Below, one piece after another: positions 41,990-50,723 of a DNA stretch of 64,000 nucleotides. A model generated the notes under the pieces. That model saw nothing but the letters and a program-made list of their open reading frames with translations. It was not told where the DNA came from and did not search any database. The stretch is from a virus, in the IMG/VR virus record IMGVR_UViG_3300037348_000049, positions 65,572-129,571 of that record; one strand, given 5' to 3'. The position numbers were made by a program, and so were the translations under genes. Numbering within the stretch: position 1 is the stretch's first letter; the number at the start of each line of letters is the position of its first letter.

Positions 41990-42078
41990 ACTAACCCATA
42001 ACGGATTGCCTATCCAGAGGTCGAGCTACCCTCAGTTACCGTTTTTCTGAGGATAAGTTCCTGACGGACAGGTAACAG

Positions 42079-42120
42079 AAACCCCAACTACCTTTACCCC
42101 CTTTTTGGTAGTTGGGGTTT
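42079..42120 (+). terminator. Terminator hairpin with C-rich loop
   Basis: AAACCCCAACTACC / GGTAGTTGGGGTTT 14-bp stem, loop TTTACCCCCTTTTT. Confidence 0.8.
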
Positions 42121-42336
42121 CGCCATACCCTGAGGTCAGCAACAGCAAAGCCCGCACTTTTGACCGCACATGAAAAGTCAAGCCCGCCGATCTCGAAACC
42201 AAATCCCGTATCCACTTTTTTACTGACTTCAAACTATTTTCAGAAAAGGCTTCCCTTTTGCTAGGTAACCCTGCTAGGATTGGAGTATCCAATTAGGGCG
42301 AAACAAAAGTAGCCCAAAAAAGAAAGGGGGGACAGA

Positions 42337-42669
42337 ATGGCAACAGCCACTTCGTCCCAGACAGCGTCAGAAGGCACTGTCAAAGTTTCACGACAAATCG
42401 TGGAACTAATCAACGAGCTTTCCGAAGTTCGTTCCACCTACAACACAGCGAAGGCTCGTGTTGAGGAACTCCGCAAGGAAGTTCTATCGCAGGTTGGCAC
42501 AGGCAACTTGACCCTTATCCACCACAACATTGAAGTGGCTCGCATTGTCGAGAGCAACCCAGCTCGTGTTGACCCTAAGTTCTTGGAAGAGAACTTCCCA
42601 GAGGCGTATGAGGCTTCCTTGAAGTCCAGCCAGCAGTTCACCATTCGTTCCGTCACACGAACGAAATAA
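42337..42669 (+). CDS. Cassette protein, paralog of 51775-52128
   Basis: Coiled coil then H..IE.AR....VD...L...FPEAYEA. Confidence 0.75.
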   Translation: MATATSSQTASEGTVKVSRQIVELINELSEVRSTYNTAKARVEELRKEVLSQVGTGNLTLIHHNIEVARIVESNPARVDPKFLEENFPEAYEASLKSSQQFTIRSVTRTK

Positions 42670-42819
42670 CCAGAAGGGGTTGGGCGAAAGCTCAGCCCTT
42701 TTCTCACCACCAGTTCCGTATCCACTTTTTTACTGGAGTTCCGTAAAAACTTCACACCAGAGTTGCAAAGTTGCATCAAGTGTGATTAGATACATACATC
42801 AAACGAAAAGGGAGACAAA

Positions 42820-43176
42820 ATGAACACACCACTAGAGCTAGAAGAAATCACAGCTTTGAGCCTGTCAATAACAGGCGTGTTAGTCGAAAATTATTTGAAG
42901 GAAAGCTACGCCGACCCAACTATGTATCGCGCATTGAGAGTCGCTTGCGGGCTTGCCGAGCAGTATAAGGAAAGGCTTGCGCTAAACGGCTCACCAGAGC
43001 AGATGATACAGGAAGTAGAAGAATTAGTGAATAACCTAAAAGTTACCGCTATGGAATGCGGCGAGATAGTCCAGAAGATTATCGAGGATAACGGCTGGGA
43101 AACCGAGGCTACTGGTTGGGACAGACCGCACAACCACGACAACTGTGACCACGGCGAGGACGGCGAGGATAACTGA
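42820..43176 (+). CDS. Hypothetical cassette protein
   Basis: AAAAGGGAG RBS. Confidence 0.7.
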   Translation: MNTPLELEEITALSLSITGVLVENYLKESYADPTMYRALRVACGLAEQYKERLALNGSPEQMIQEVEELVNNLKVTAMECGEIVQKIIEDNGWETEATGWDRPHNHDNCDHGEDGEDN

Positions 43177-43361
43177 TGCAAACCATAGTGCTACGGCTAC
43201 ACATTGACCAACCGATACCGAACGGCGAGGAAGGCGAGCGTATTATCAACGCCTACATAGACGAGCTTGCCAAAACGAACGGCACGCTTAGCTGGACTTC
43301 TGTGGACTGGGACGGCTTGGAGATTGACGAAACCGAGCATAGATTGGACGGACACTCTTGA
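43176..43361 (+). CDS. Hypothetical cassette protein
   Basis: TGATG coupling. Confidence 0.6.
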   Translation: MQTIVLRLHIDQPIPNGEEGERIINAYIDELAKTNGTLSWTSVDWDGLEIDETEHRLDGHS

Positions 43362-43675
43362 CAATGAGATTCAGGCACGCACTAGGCGAGGTAGTTCGTG
43401 AGCAACGGCTTGCTAAAAGCCTTACCCTAAGAGGCGTGTCCACTAAGGGGTTCGTGTCGATAGGACACCTGTCGGACATTGAACGGGGAGTGAAAGAAGC
43501 CTCGTCAGATACGATCGAAGCGATTGCCAACGGACTGGGTGTCCAGAGCTATTGGCTGATTATCGAAGCTGGCTATCGAATGACGGGCGAAGCCACCTTT
43601 ATTCCAGATACGCCCGAAAGTTTATTTATCCGAAATTCTCGTTGGGTCGAGCAATACTCTGACCTAGTTATCTAG
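43358..43675 (+). CDS. XRE-family HTH regulator, ClgR-like
   Basis: ALGEVVREQR....TLRGVS....VSIGHLSDIERGVKEASS..IEAI..GL. Confidence 0.8.
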   Translation: MTMRFRHALGEVVREQRLAKSLTLRGVSTKGFVSIGHLSDIERGVKEASSDTIEAIANGLGVQSYWLIIEAGYRMTGEATFIPDTPESLFIRNSRWVEQYSDLVI

Positions 43676-43824
43676 GGCAAAACCCGAAAAACCTCGACAC
43701 TTAGGTGTTGGGGTTTTTTGCATTTACTGTGGCGTATCCACTTTTTTACGAACTTCTAGACTGGATTAGGTGTTTTGCTAATTCTGTAGTAAGGTTTAGA
43801 TAACAACAACGAAAGGGGCAACAA

Positions 43825-44034
43825 ATGTACGATAATCCAGAGAGCATCTTGATAGATGCCGAAGAAGCGCAAGAGGAAGGCTTTTGCGAAATGCTCGATG
43901 AAATTTATCCAGTCGTAAAAATGGGAGAACTAACTTTCTACCCGTCACAAATTCTAAAAAGCTGCGACCCCGTTGCATACAGGATCGAGCTAGCTGATTA
44001 CCTCGACGACCTGAACGACAAAATGAATGACTAG
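43825..44034 (+). CDS. Acidic cassette protein, paralog of 45168-45374
   Basis: EMLDEIYP..KMGELTFY.SQILK.CDP.AYRIELADYL. Confidence 0.8.
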   Translation: MYDNPESILIDAEEAQEEGFCEMLDEIYPVVKMGELTFYPSQILKSCDPVAYRIELADYLDDLNDKMND

Positions 44035-44191
44035 GTTCGCAACAGCGCCGAAGCCCTTGCCGAAAGGCAGGGGTTTTTTCGTGCCGTAGGACTGTATCCA
44101 CTTTTTTACTGTCGCCGATTAGTTTGCCGACAACTTGCGGAACGCCGTAATTCGTAGTAAGGTTTAGCTATCAACGAAAAAGGGAGAGAAA

Positions 44192-44374
44192 ATGAAAACT
44201 TACAAAATCACAATGGCACGCGAAGAGACTTGGATGGTCGAAGTCGAAGCTGAGTCCGAAGTGGACGCGCTGATTGCTGGCGAGAGAGAACTAATGTCTG
44301 GCAATGGCGAATCTATTTGGAGTGAGTGGACTGCTGCGCCAGAGTCCGAAGAAGAAGAAGGGGAGGACAACTAA
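44192..44374 (+). CDS. Hypothetical acidic cassette protein
   Basis: AAAAGGGAG RBS. Confidence 0.7.
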   Translation: MKTYKITMAREETWMVEVEAESEVDALIAGERELMSGNGESIWSEWTAAPESEEEEGEDN

Positions 44375-44586
44375 TGGCTAAGCCAAGTATCACTGCGGTA
44401 AAAGAATGGGAACTCGCTTATGAGTCCGAAATGGTTCGTATCGAGTCTGGAACTGCCGTCTTCGATGAGGATTACTGGAAAGTAGTTCCTGCGGGCAAGA
44501 AGGCAACTTATTTCTATGGAGAGTCGGCGTGGAGTGACGCTCAGCGGTTTGCAAGCGACATAGACTCCAAGGCTTGGGTGAGTTGA
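44374..44586 (+). CDS. Hypothetical cassette protein
   Basis: TAATG coupling. Confidence 0.65.
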   Translation: MAKPSITAVKEWELAYESEMVRIESGTAVFDEDYWKVVPAGKKATYFYGESAWSDAQRFASDIDSKAWVS

Positions 44587-44588
44587 GA

Positions 44589-44765
44589 ATGAACACCCTA
44601 GAGGAACGCCGAGAGTTTTGGGCAGACATTGCCAAAAGAAATGGCTGGCATACAGCGCCGTTCTATGTTCAAGTCTGGCAGAATAAAGCTGGCGAGATTT
44701 GGGATAGTGTAAGCCACCAAGGAATGACCAAAGACATAATTACGATTGGAGAGAACTATGAGTAA
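44589..44765 (+). CDS. Hypothetical cassette protein
   Basis: Follows previous stop by 2 nt. Confidence 0.6.
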   Translation: MNTLEERREFWADIAKRNGWHTAPFYVQVWQNKAGEIWDSVSHQGMTKDIITIGENYE

Positions 44766-44835
44766 ATTGCTAGTGAAGCTGGGCTTGAAAAAGCCTGCGG
44801 GCAAACACGCCAAGCGAGCAAGACACGCCAAATAA
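44758..44835 (+). CDS. 25-aa highly basic peptide MSKLLVKLGLKKPAGKHAKRARHAK
   Basis: GGAGA RBS; last ORF before terminator; manual translation. Confidence 0.45.
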   Translation: MSKLLVKLGLKKPAGKHAKRARHAK

Positions 44836-45003
44836 AGTTAGCCCCCCTAACAGAAAGCCCCGTAAGACTTAGTGTCTTGCGGGGTTTTTGTCTCGGCGCT
44901 CGCCGTATCCACTTTTTTACTTGCCGTAAATAATCTTGCCGTAGTGACTTGCGCAATTAGGGGGAACTATGCGATACTTGAGTATCAACAGAAAGGGAAG
45001 ATA

Positions 45004-45168
45004 ATGAGCGAGACAGCGTATTTTTTCACCAAGGAGGAAGCCGAAGCTTTAGCCGATTTGCTAGGGCAGAAGCTTGACAGGAACCCGCTAAGTTATGCGG
45101 TGCTACAGCCAGTCTACAATAAGCTAACTAGGGGCTGGACTTGGAATACAGATGAGGAGAAAAACTAA
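45004..45168 (+). CDS. Hypothetical cassette protein
   Basis: AAAGGGAAG RBS before ATG 45004. Confidence 0.65.
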   Translation: MSETAYFFTKEEAEALADLLGQKLDRNPLSYAVLQPVYNKLTRGWTWNTDEEKN

Positions 45169-45374
45169 TGGACAGCCTATACAAAATGATGGACGACTCA
45201 GCAGAGAACTCAGCAGAGCTATTTGACGAAATGCTAGACGAGTTGTATCCAACTTTCAAAATTGGGGAGCTAACTTTTTACGCTTCACAAATCCTAAAGG
45301 CTTGCGACCCGATCGCATACAGGATTGAACTTGCCGATTACCTGAATGACTTAGGCGACCAACTCAGCGAGTAG
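45168..45374 (+). CDS. Acidic cassette protein, paralog of 43825-44034
   Basis: EMLDELYP..KIGELTFY.SQILK.CDP.AYRIELADYL. Confidence 0.8.
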   Translation: MDSLYKMMDDSAENSAELFDEMLDELYPTFKIGELTFYASQILKACDPIAYRIELADYLNDLGDQLSE

Positions 45375-45535
45375 TGTCACCAAGAACCCCGAGAGTACCC
45401 CGCCGTAAAAAGCGGGGTTTCTTTTTGCCCTGGAGCGTATCCACTTTTTTACTGAGTTTAGATAGACAGGGAGTTGGCTTGACATCTGCCGATAACTCTG
45501 AGATACTGATACTAATCAGAAAGAAGGGCAACAAA

Positions 45536-45646
45536 ATGGATACACAGTTCTGCGAAATCTGCGACAACTACACACCCGTAGTTCTCGACACAGACTCAGA
45601 TGAGGCTTGCCAGTATTGCTATGACGCATACGCAGGAGTTCTCTAA
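45536..45646 (+). CDS. 36-aa zinc-ribbon peptide
   Basis: CEIC...CQYC; AAGGGCAAC RBS. Confidence 0.6.
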   Translation: MDTQFCEICDNYTPVVLDTDSDEACQYCYDAYAGVL

Positions 45647-45864
45647 TGTTCGGGAGCATAGATGGCTCAGGTATTGGACAGGTTCAAATGGAGCGAGAGT
45701 TCACTTGCGGAGAGTGCCTTTGGACAGGTGAGGCGTTAGGTTCAAGTGACGACTTGGTTGAAATGCTTTTTGCCGTATGCCCAAACTGTAAAGAAGAGAT
45801 GACGATTGACCTAGCTCAGGAGCGAGAGTCCGAACACTGGGACGACAAGCCAGACTTCGACTGA
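45646..45864 (+). CDS. Small zinc-ribbon protein
   Basis: CGEC...CPNC. Confidence 0.65.
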   Translation: MFGSIDGSGIGQVQMEREFTCGECLWTGEALGSSDDLVEMLFAVCPNCKEEMTIDLAQERESEHWDDKPDFD

Positions 45865-46036
45865 GCCGTAAACTCACACCCCAATAAAATCCGACAGCGA
45901 GCGGAATTGGGGAGTTTTTCTTTCGCTGAGGTGTATCCACTTTTTTACTACGACTTCGCCGGCGCTCGCAGAAAGAACTTGCGCAATACCGGGCGTTCTG
46001 CTAGGTTTATACCAACAACGAAAGGGAGGAACTCAA

Positions 46037-46420
46037 ATGGGTTCAAGAACACAGTGGGTTATCAAGACTCACGCCAATGGTGACGCAATTCACCTATACA
46101 GTCACTCAGGTGGAGAGTCAAAGTTTTATGACACTCGTGCCGCTCTACTCGCAGCTCAACCTCGATGGAGCGACGTCGCTTATGGTTCACGCATCTTCAT
46201 CAGCAACATTATTGGTGACAACTGGGCCAGCGAAACTGGTTTTGGGTTACTCGGTGGCGACCACGATGAAATTCTTTTCGAAGAGTCCTACTATCCTTCG
46301 ATTATTGATTTTCCGTTGCAGCTAGTAACTATGGGCGGAATGACTTGGAGTTTTGCAGAGTTCCTTTTAGCCGAAGACATTCAAGAAATCTTAGTCGAGC
46401 AACACTGGGCGACTGCCTAA
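46037..46420 (+). CDS. Conserved phage hypothetical protein
   Basis: MG.R...I.LYSH.GG N-terminus; AAAGGGAGG RBS. Confidence 0.7.
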   Translation: MGSRTQWVIKTHANGDAIHLYSHSGGESKFYDTRAALLAAQPRWSDVAYGSRIFISNIIGDNWASETGFGLLGGDHDEILFEESYYPSIIDFPLQLVTMGGMTWSFAEFLLAEDIQEILVEQHWATA

Positions 46421-46689
46421 TGGGGAGCCTACAAGCTGCCGCAATGGCAGACACTGACTTGACACTGGAGCAGGCACTTGCTTGGCATCTACGTTCCAAC
46501 CACTATCCACCCGTGCCTGAGTCGATGGTGCCAACTTGCATAGAAGCCATCAACGCCTACTGGGAAGATGACCTAGACAAAATGGTTAGCCTGCCTGCTG
46601 GCGTAAGTTTCCGAGGAGAAATCGAAGCGCCTGCTAGGGCAATTATTATCTCTCATCACCTTGACATTTGGTGTGCCGAAGAAGAATAA
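46420..46689 (+). CDS. Hypothetical cassette protein
   Basis: TAATG coupling; L.WHL..NHYPPVP. Confidence 0.7.
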   Translation: MGSLQAAAMADTDLTLEQALAWHLRSNHYPPVPESMVPTCIEAINAYWEDDLDKMVSLPAGVSFRGEIEAPARAIIISHHLDIWCAEEE

Positions 46690-46748
46690 GCCCCCCCCCC
46701 CCTAACAACCTTAGTAAGTTGTAAAACTGCTTGCCCCCCCTATAAGAA

Positions 46749-46788
46749 GCGCGAGACAAGTTACCCCCTTTTCCTGTCTCGCGTTTTC
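46749..46788 (+). terminator. Terminator hairpin with C-rich loop
   Basis: CGCGAGACA / TGTCTCGCG stem, loop contains TTACCCCCTTTT, T-run follows. Confidence 0.8.
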
Positions 46789-46900
46789 TTTGGGCGGGAG
46801 TGTATCTACTTTTTTACTGCCGTTTCTACGCCGTTCACAAGAAGTTGCACTTTGTCTGCCGAGTGTGCTAGAGTTTGAGTAACAACAAAGGGAGAACAAA

Positions 46901-47149
46901 ATGAATTCAGAAAATCGCGAAGCCAAAATGGTTTTCGAAATGGTTATGAAGCTAGGCGGAGAGACAAACTACTCCGAGAGAACTAAAGCCGCAATCTGGG
47001 CAGAGTGCTTGAAGCCAGAATTACAAAATCAAGCCTTGCTTTATCTTTCAGGGTCAAGTGAGAGAGCGCATACAAGTCTCTACAACTTGCATACCACGAT
47101 AGTGGACAAGTTCTTTCGTGACCCAATTACCGAAGAATTGAGAGCATAA
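46901..47149 (+). CDS. Hypothetical cassette protein
   Basis: TGC-TAGAGT extended -10, AAAGGGAG RBS. Confidence 0.7.
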   Translation: MNSENREAKMVFEMVMKLGGETNYSERTKAAIWAECLKPELQNQALLYLSGSSERAHTSLYNLHTTIVDKFFRDPITEELRA

Positions 47150-47433
47150 TGAAACCAGAATGGTCTAAAGCTAGAAACAAGTTTCTCGAAACACGAAACA
47201 TAATCTGGGCGCACAAAATTCGTGAAGCCGAACTAAAGGCTAGTGTCTTTTACGGAATTGGAGTGGCTTGCGGTTTCTTTTTGCTAACCAATTTCCTAAC
47301 GCCGTTACCTGATGTTTTGAATGGCTGGCTATCACTAATAGGGGCTGGCGTAATTTTTACAGGGGCTACTATCGTAGTCAATGCCAAAGAAGTTCCACCG
47401 AGAATAAGGAGTGGCGTTGAGTATCGTCGTTAG
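47149..47433 (+). CDS. Two-TM cassette protein
   Basis: Two hydrophobic segments; TAATG coupling. Confidence 0.65.
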   Translation: MKPEWSKARNKFLETRNIIWAHKIREAELKASVFYGIGVACGFFLLTNFLTPLPDVLNGWLSLIGAGVIFTGATIVVNAKEVPPRIRSGVEYRR

Positions 47434-47586
47434 AGAGCTTACAGAGTGTTACAAGTGTGACACGCCGATAATGGCGGAAGTCGAAAGCGTTCACCCACTT
47501 TGCAAGAAGTGTGGCGAGAGTTTTGATGAGTGGTTCAACGCCGAAGTAAAAAAGATTTTGCACTAACTACCTAACCCCCTAAGAAA

Positions 47587-47630
47587 AAACCCCGTCGACC
47601 TTACCCCCTTTTGGTCGACGGGGTTTCTTT
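47587..47630 (+). terminator. Terminator hairpin with C-rich loop
   Basis: AAACCCCGTCGACC / GGTCGACGGGGTTT stem, loop TTACCCCCTTTT. Confidence 0.85.
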
Positions 47631-47783
47631 GTGCCGTTCGTAAAAAGTTACAGCAACTCCAGGCGTATCCACTTTTTTACTCGGCGCTCGCAATTCTGCC
47701 GATGGACTTGCGTTTTCGGTGTTTCTTGATAGGCTTTGATAAGTAACATAAGTTACTAAGTCGCAGAATGAAGGGGCAACAAA

Positions 47784-47984
47784 ATGGGAGTAAAGTATCC
47801 AGAGATTGAAGTTCAACTCACTGGGAATGATGGAAATGCGTATTCAATTATGGGCGCAGTTTCAAAGGCGCTAAAGCGTGCCGAAGTTCCTCAGATAGAA
47901 ATTGACCAATACATAAATCGCTCAATGAGTGGCGACTACGATAACTTGCTACAGACAGCTGCTAGTTGGGTTCAGGTTCGCTGA
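47784..47984 (+). CDS. Conserved small phage protein
   Basis: V.LTG.DGNAYSIMG.V.KAL......SGDYDNLL. Confidence 0.75.
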   Translation: MGVKYPEIEVQLTGNDGNAYSIMGAVSKALKRAEVPQIEIDQYINRSMSGDYDNLLQTAASWVQVR

Positions 47985-48328
47985 TGGCTAAGTTAGCGCT
48001 GCAAGTTGCACCTGATGGCGAGATTACTGAGCTAGACCTAGATTCGAACGCTTTGAGCGTGCTACAAGCTGCCGTTGATGGCTTGATTGAAGCCGTAGAC
48101 CTAGCCAACGATTTAACCCTATGGGTGAATGAAGAAGGGCTACTAAGGAACGACTTGAAGCTGAACCTAATCGCCCAAGCTTTTTATTCTGCGCCTATTA
48201 TGGGAACTATTGTTTTCACTGGTGGAACTGATGATGAAGGTGAGACACTAGGGCTTGATTCCACAAACGCAGCGAGTATCGAGCGAGTGTGCCAAATTTT
48301 CAGAGATGCGTTCAGTGACCTGAGCTGA
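47984..48328 (+). CDS. DUF3846-like protein
   Basis: LQAAVDGLIEAV......LWVNEEG.L...N..A...I.G.IVF.G. Confidence 0.75.
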   Translation: MAKLALQVAPDGEITELDLDSNALSVLQAAVDGLIEAVDLANDLTLWVNEEGLLRNDLKLNLIAQAFYSAPIMGTIVFTGGTDDEGETLGLDSTNAASIERVCQIFRDAFSDLS

Positions 48329-48521
48329 TGACCAAACAAACTAACCCCCGTCAAAAGTTGGCGGGGGTTTTTTTGCTGCCTTAGTTTGCAGCGGGAGCGT
48401 ATCTACTTTTTTACTAATCTATACCCCAAAAAATCGAACACTTGTTCGCTTGCATAGGTTGGGTAATCGTGCTATCTTTATCTTGTAGAAATCAGAAATC
48501 CAACAAACAAAGGGGCAACAA

Positions 48522-48863
48522 ATGAACAAGGAACTTCAAGCAGAATTAGTCTCAGACCTAATCGACGCCGCAGGCTATGGAATCAACTGGGCAGTGGAAG
48601 CTGTCCAGGACGATGCCGCCCAGACTTACACACTTACCCTAGACGACGACGCTGCCGAAGAAGCTGGCAAGCCTGAGGTTGTAGTCACATACGCTCAGAT
48701 TCGCACAGCCATTCGCAAGATTGCCAAGGGTGGAGTTTTGAATCCAGTGCTAACAAGCTCAGCTAAGGACTTCGTGTTCCGTCCTGACGAAGCAGACCTA
48801 GACAGCGATTTTGCTGATGCCGCAATTCAGATTGCAGTATTCGGGGAGGTGGTTTTTGGCTAA
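48522..48863 (+). CDS. Conserved phage hypothetical protein
   Basis: GI.WA N-terminal and D.D.AD..IQ.A.FGEV.FG C-terminal motifs. Confidence 0.7.
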   Translation: MNKELQAELVSDLIDAAGYGINWAVEAVQDDAAQTYTLTLDDDAAEEAGKPEVVVTYAQIRTAIRKIAKGGVLNPVLTSSAKDFVFRPDEADLDSDFADAAIQIAVFGEVVFG

Positions 48864-48876
48864 CCCCCTCAGGGGA

Positions 48877-48915
48877 GTTATCCACAGACTTATCCACACC
48901 CTGTGGATAACTTTT
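48877..48915. promoter_or_regulatory. Three perfect DnaA boxes forming a terminator-like hairpin
   Basis: TTATCCACA 48878-48886 and 48890-48898, TGTGGATAA 48902-48910; outer pair is an 11-bp inverted repeat followed by TTTT. Confidence 0.75.
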
Positions 48916-49050
48916 CCTGGACTCTGGTATCCACTTTTTTACCAAGGTTCCGTGTCGGCGCTCGCGATTTGCTTTTGGCAGAAAATCCTGCTAGGCTATC
49001 GGAGTAGCCAATCAGCTACATACTTGGAAACTAAATAAAGGGAGAGCAAA

Positions 49051-49596
49051 ATGACTAACATCATTACGCGTTGGGTAGGAATTGAATCCGAAGAATTGAA
49101 TCCAGAGAATTGGATCCAAGTCGGATTTAGATTTACTGACCAAGGAGGACACCGAGAGTATCGCGTGTTTGGGCAGCTCTATGGTGAGGACTTTGAAGAG
49201 ACTTATTCTTCAGACACCGACAACACTAAGTCGTTGGCATACAGTTACTTCGGAGAGCAGCTAAAGCGGATTGAAAGCGCGCAGACTTGGCTTTATGATG
49301 CTTATGAAGTCTGGGATCACGATTTTGTTGAAGTGGCTTGTGAGACTTGTGCGGTGGAGTTTGCCAAAGAACGTTCGCTTGAATGGAGCGGTGGGAAGTC
49401 TGCCGATTCATACACTGAAAATTCTGAGGAACTAAATGCAGGAGCGTCCTGTATCGCAAGCTACGCACTTGGCGATAGTGACTATCCACACACTTGTGTG
49501 TGCGGTGTTTACTTAGATACCCGATTCACCACCGAAGGTGAGGACTATCTTCGAGAGAACTTCCCGAAGGGTGTTCAAAAGCTCTACAGCTACTGA
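49051..49596 (+). CDS. Hypothetical cassette protein, Cys-containing
   Basis: CETC, C...HTCVC; AAAGGGAG RBS. Confidence 0.7.
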   Translation: MTNIITRWVGIESEELNPENWIQVGFRFTDQGGHREYRVFGQLYGEDFEETYSSDTDNTKSLAYSYFGEQLKRIESAQTWLYDAYEVWDHDFVEVACETCAVEFAKERSLEWSGGKSADSYTENSEELNAGASCIASYALGDSDYPHTCVCGVYLDTRFTTEGEDYLRENFPKGVQKLYSY

Positions 49597-49747
49597 TCCA
49601 GGATTGAACCCTAGGGCTAACGCTCTAGGGTTTTTTCTTGCCCAAAACTTTATTGCGGATTGACTTGACACTATCTAATAAAGCTAGTAACCTAGAGTTA
49701 CTAGCTAATCGGTTAGTATCCAGATTCAATTTTCAAAGGGGTATCGT

Positions 49748-49990
49748 ATGCCAACACCAACCACCGCAGGAGCTATAACCACGCGGATTTTTGAAGTTCA
49801 AGATCGTATGATCGAGATCCACGAGATACGCGACAACTTAGCCAAAGTTATTATGCAGAGCTTAGGCGATGGAACAATTCCAGGAATAAGCGTGGACAAC
49901 CTAATCAGCTTTGCCGATAAGATTATTCCACTGAACGCTGAGTTCGGAACCCTATCCGCCGAACACGCCGAACTTATGTCTGGAGACTAA
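49748..49990 (+). CDS. Hypothetical cassette protein
   Basis: AAAGGGG RBS; own terminator. Confidence 0.7.
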   Translation: MPTPTTAGAITTRIFEVQDRMIEIHEIRDNLAKVIMQSLGDGTIPGISVDNLISFADKIIPLNAEFGTLSAEHAELMSGD

Positions 49991-50132
49991 AGTTCTTCAA
50001 GCGAGAACCCTAGGGTAATTCCTAGGGTTTTTTCTTGCCCAAAACTTTATTGCCGATTGACTTGACACGATCCAATAAAGCTAGTAATCTATAGATAGAT
50101 AACCAAGGGGGTTATCGGAAAAGGGATTCAGA

Positions 50133-50255
50133 ATGACAATTATCGCAACTTATCCAGATTTCAAAACCGTCACCGTGTCGGTTGATGCTTGGAACGCGGA
50201 CGCCACCGTTGAAGCCTTTATGGAACTGGGCGCATTGTTCGTGACAACCAAGTAG
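50133..50255 (+). CDS. 40-aa cassette peptide
   Basis: Own promoter, AAAAGGG RBS and terminator; manual translation. Confidence 0.6.
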   Translation: MTIIATYPDFKTVTVSVDAWNADATVEAFMELGALFVTTK

Positions 50256-50427
50256 GGGCAACCCTATACCGATCACCCCTAGTCTCTGGCTAGGGGTTTT
50301 CTTTTTGCGAGCGCGAGTAGTCGGTATCCACTTTTTTACGCACTGCTACTTGGGCGCGGGATCGAGTTGCGGTTTGTCGCTTAGCGTGGTAGAGTTGCAC
50401 TACAACAACTAAACAAAGGGAGATAGA

Positions 50428-50598
50428 ATGCAAAAAGATACTACGCCTATTGCCGCCGACATCTACGAGAGAATCGAAATGTCAAAAAATGGTGACAAGG
50501 GAACTGTCTATGATGACTTGTCAGAGACTTTGGAATCTGGTAACTACCAAGAGTTCGAAGATTATTTCGGAGACACTGATCCTTTTGAATTCTTGTAA
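50428..50598 (+). CDS. 56-aa acidic cassette peptide
   Basis: AAAGGGAG RBS; ends DYFGDTDPFEFL; manual translation. Confidence 0.65.
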   Translation: MQKDTTPIAADIYERIEMSKNGDKGTVYDDLSETLESGNYQEFEDYFGDTDPFEFL

Positions 50599-50723
50599 TT
50601 CAAAAAAACAATTAGCCCGCTAGAGATAGCGGGTTTTTTGTTTGCCGTAGAGCTTGACAAGTGACAACTTTAGTATTAGACTTTGGGTATCAACCCAAGG
50701 GGGGTTGGTAAAAAGGAGACAAA

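Noticed and set aside
46691-46702. C12 homopolymer as a phase-variation switch
   Set aside because: Intergenic after a stop codon and outside any promoter spacer; may be a sequencing artefact; noted only as part of the C-rich 3' elements.
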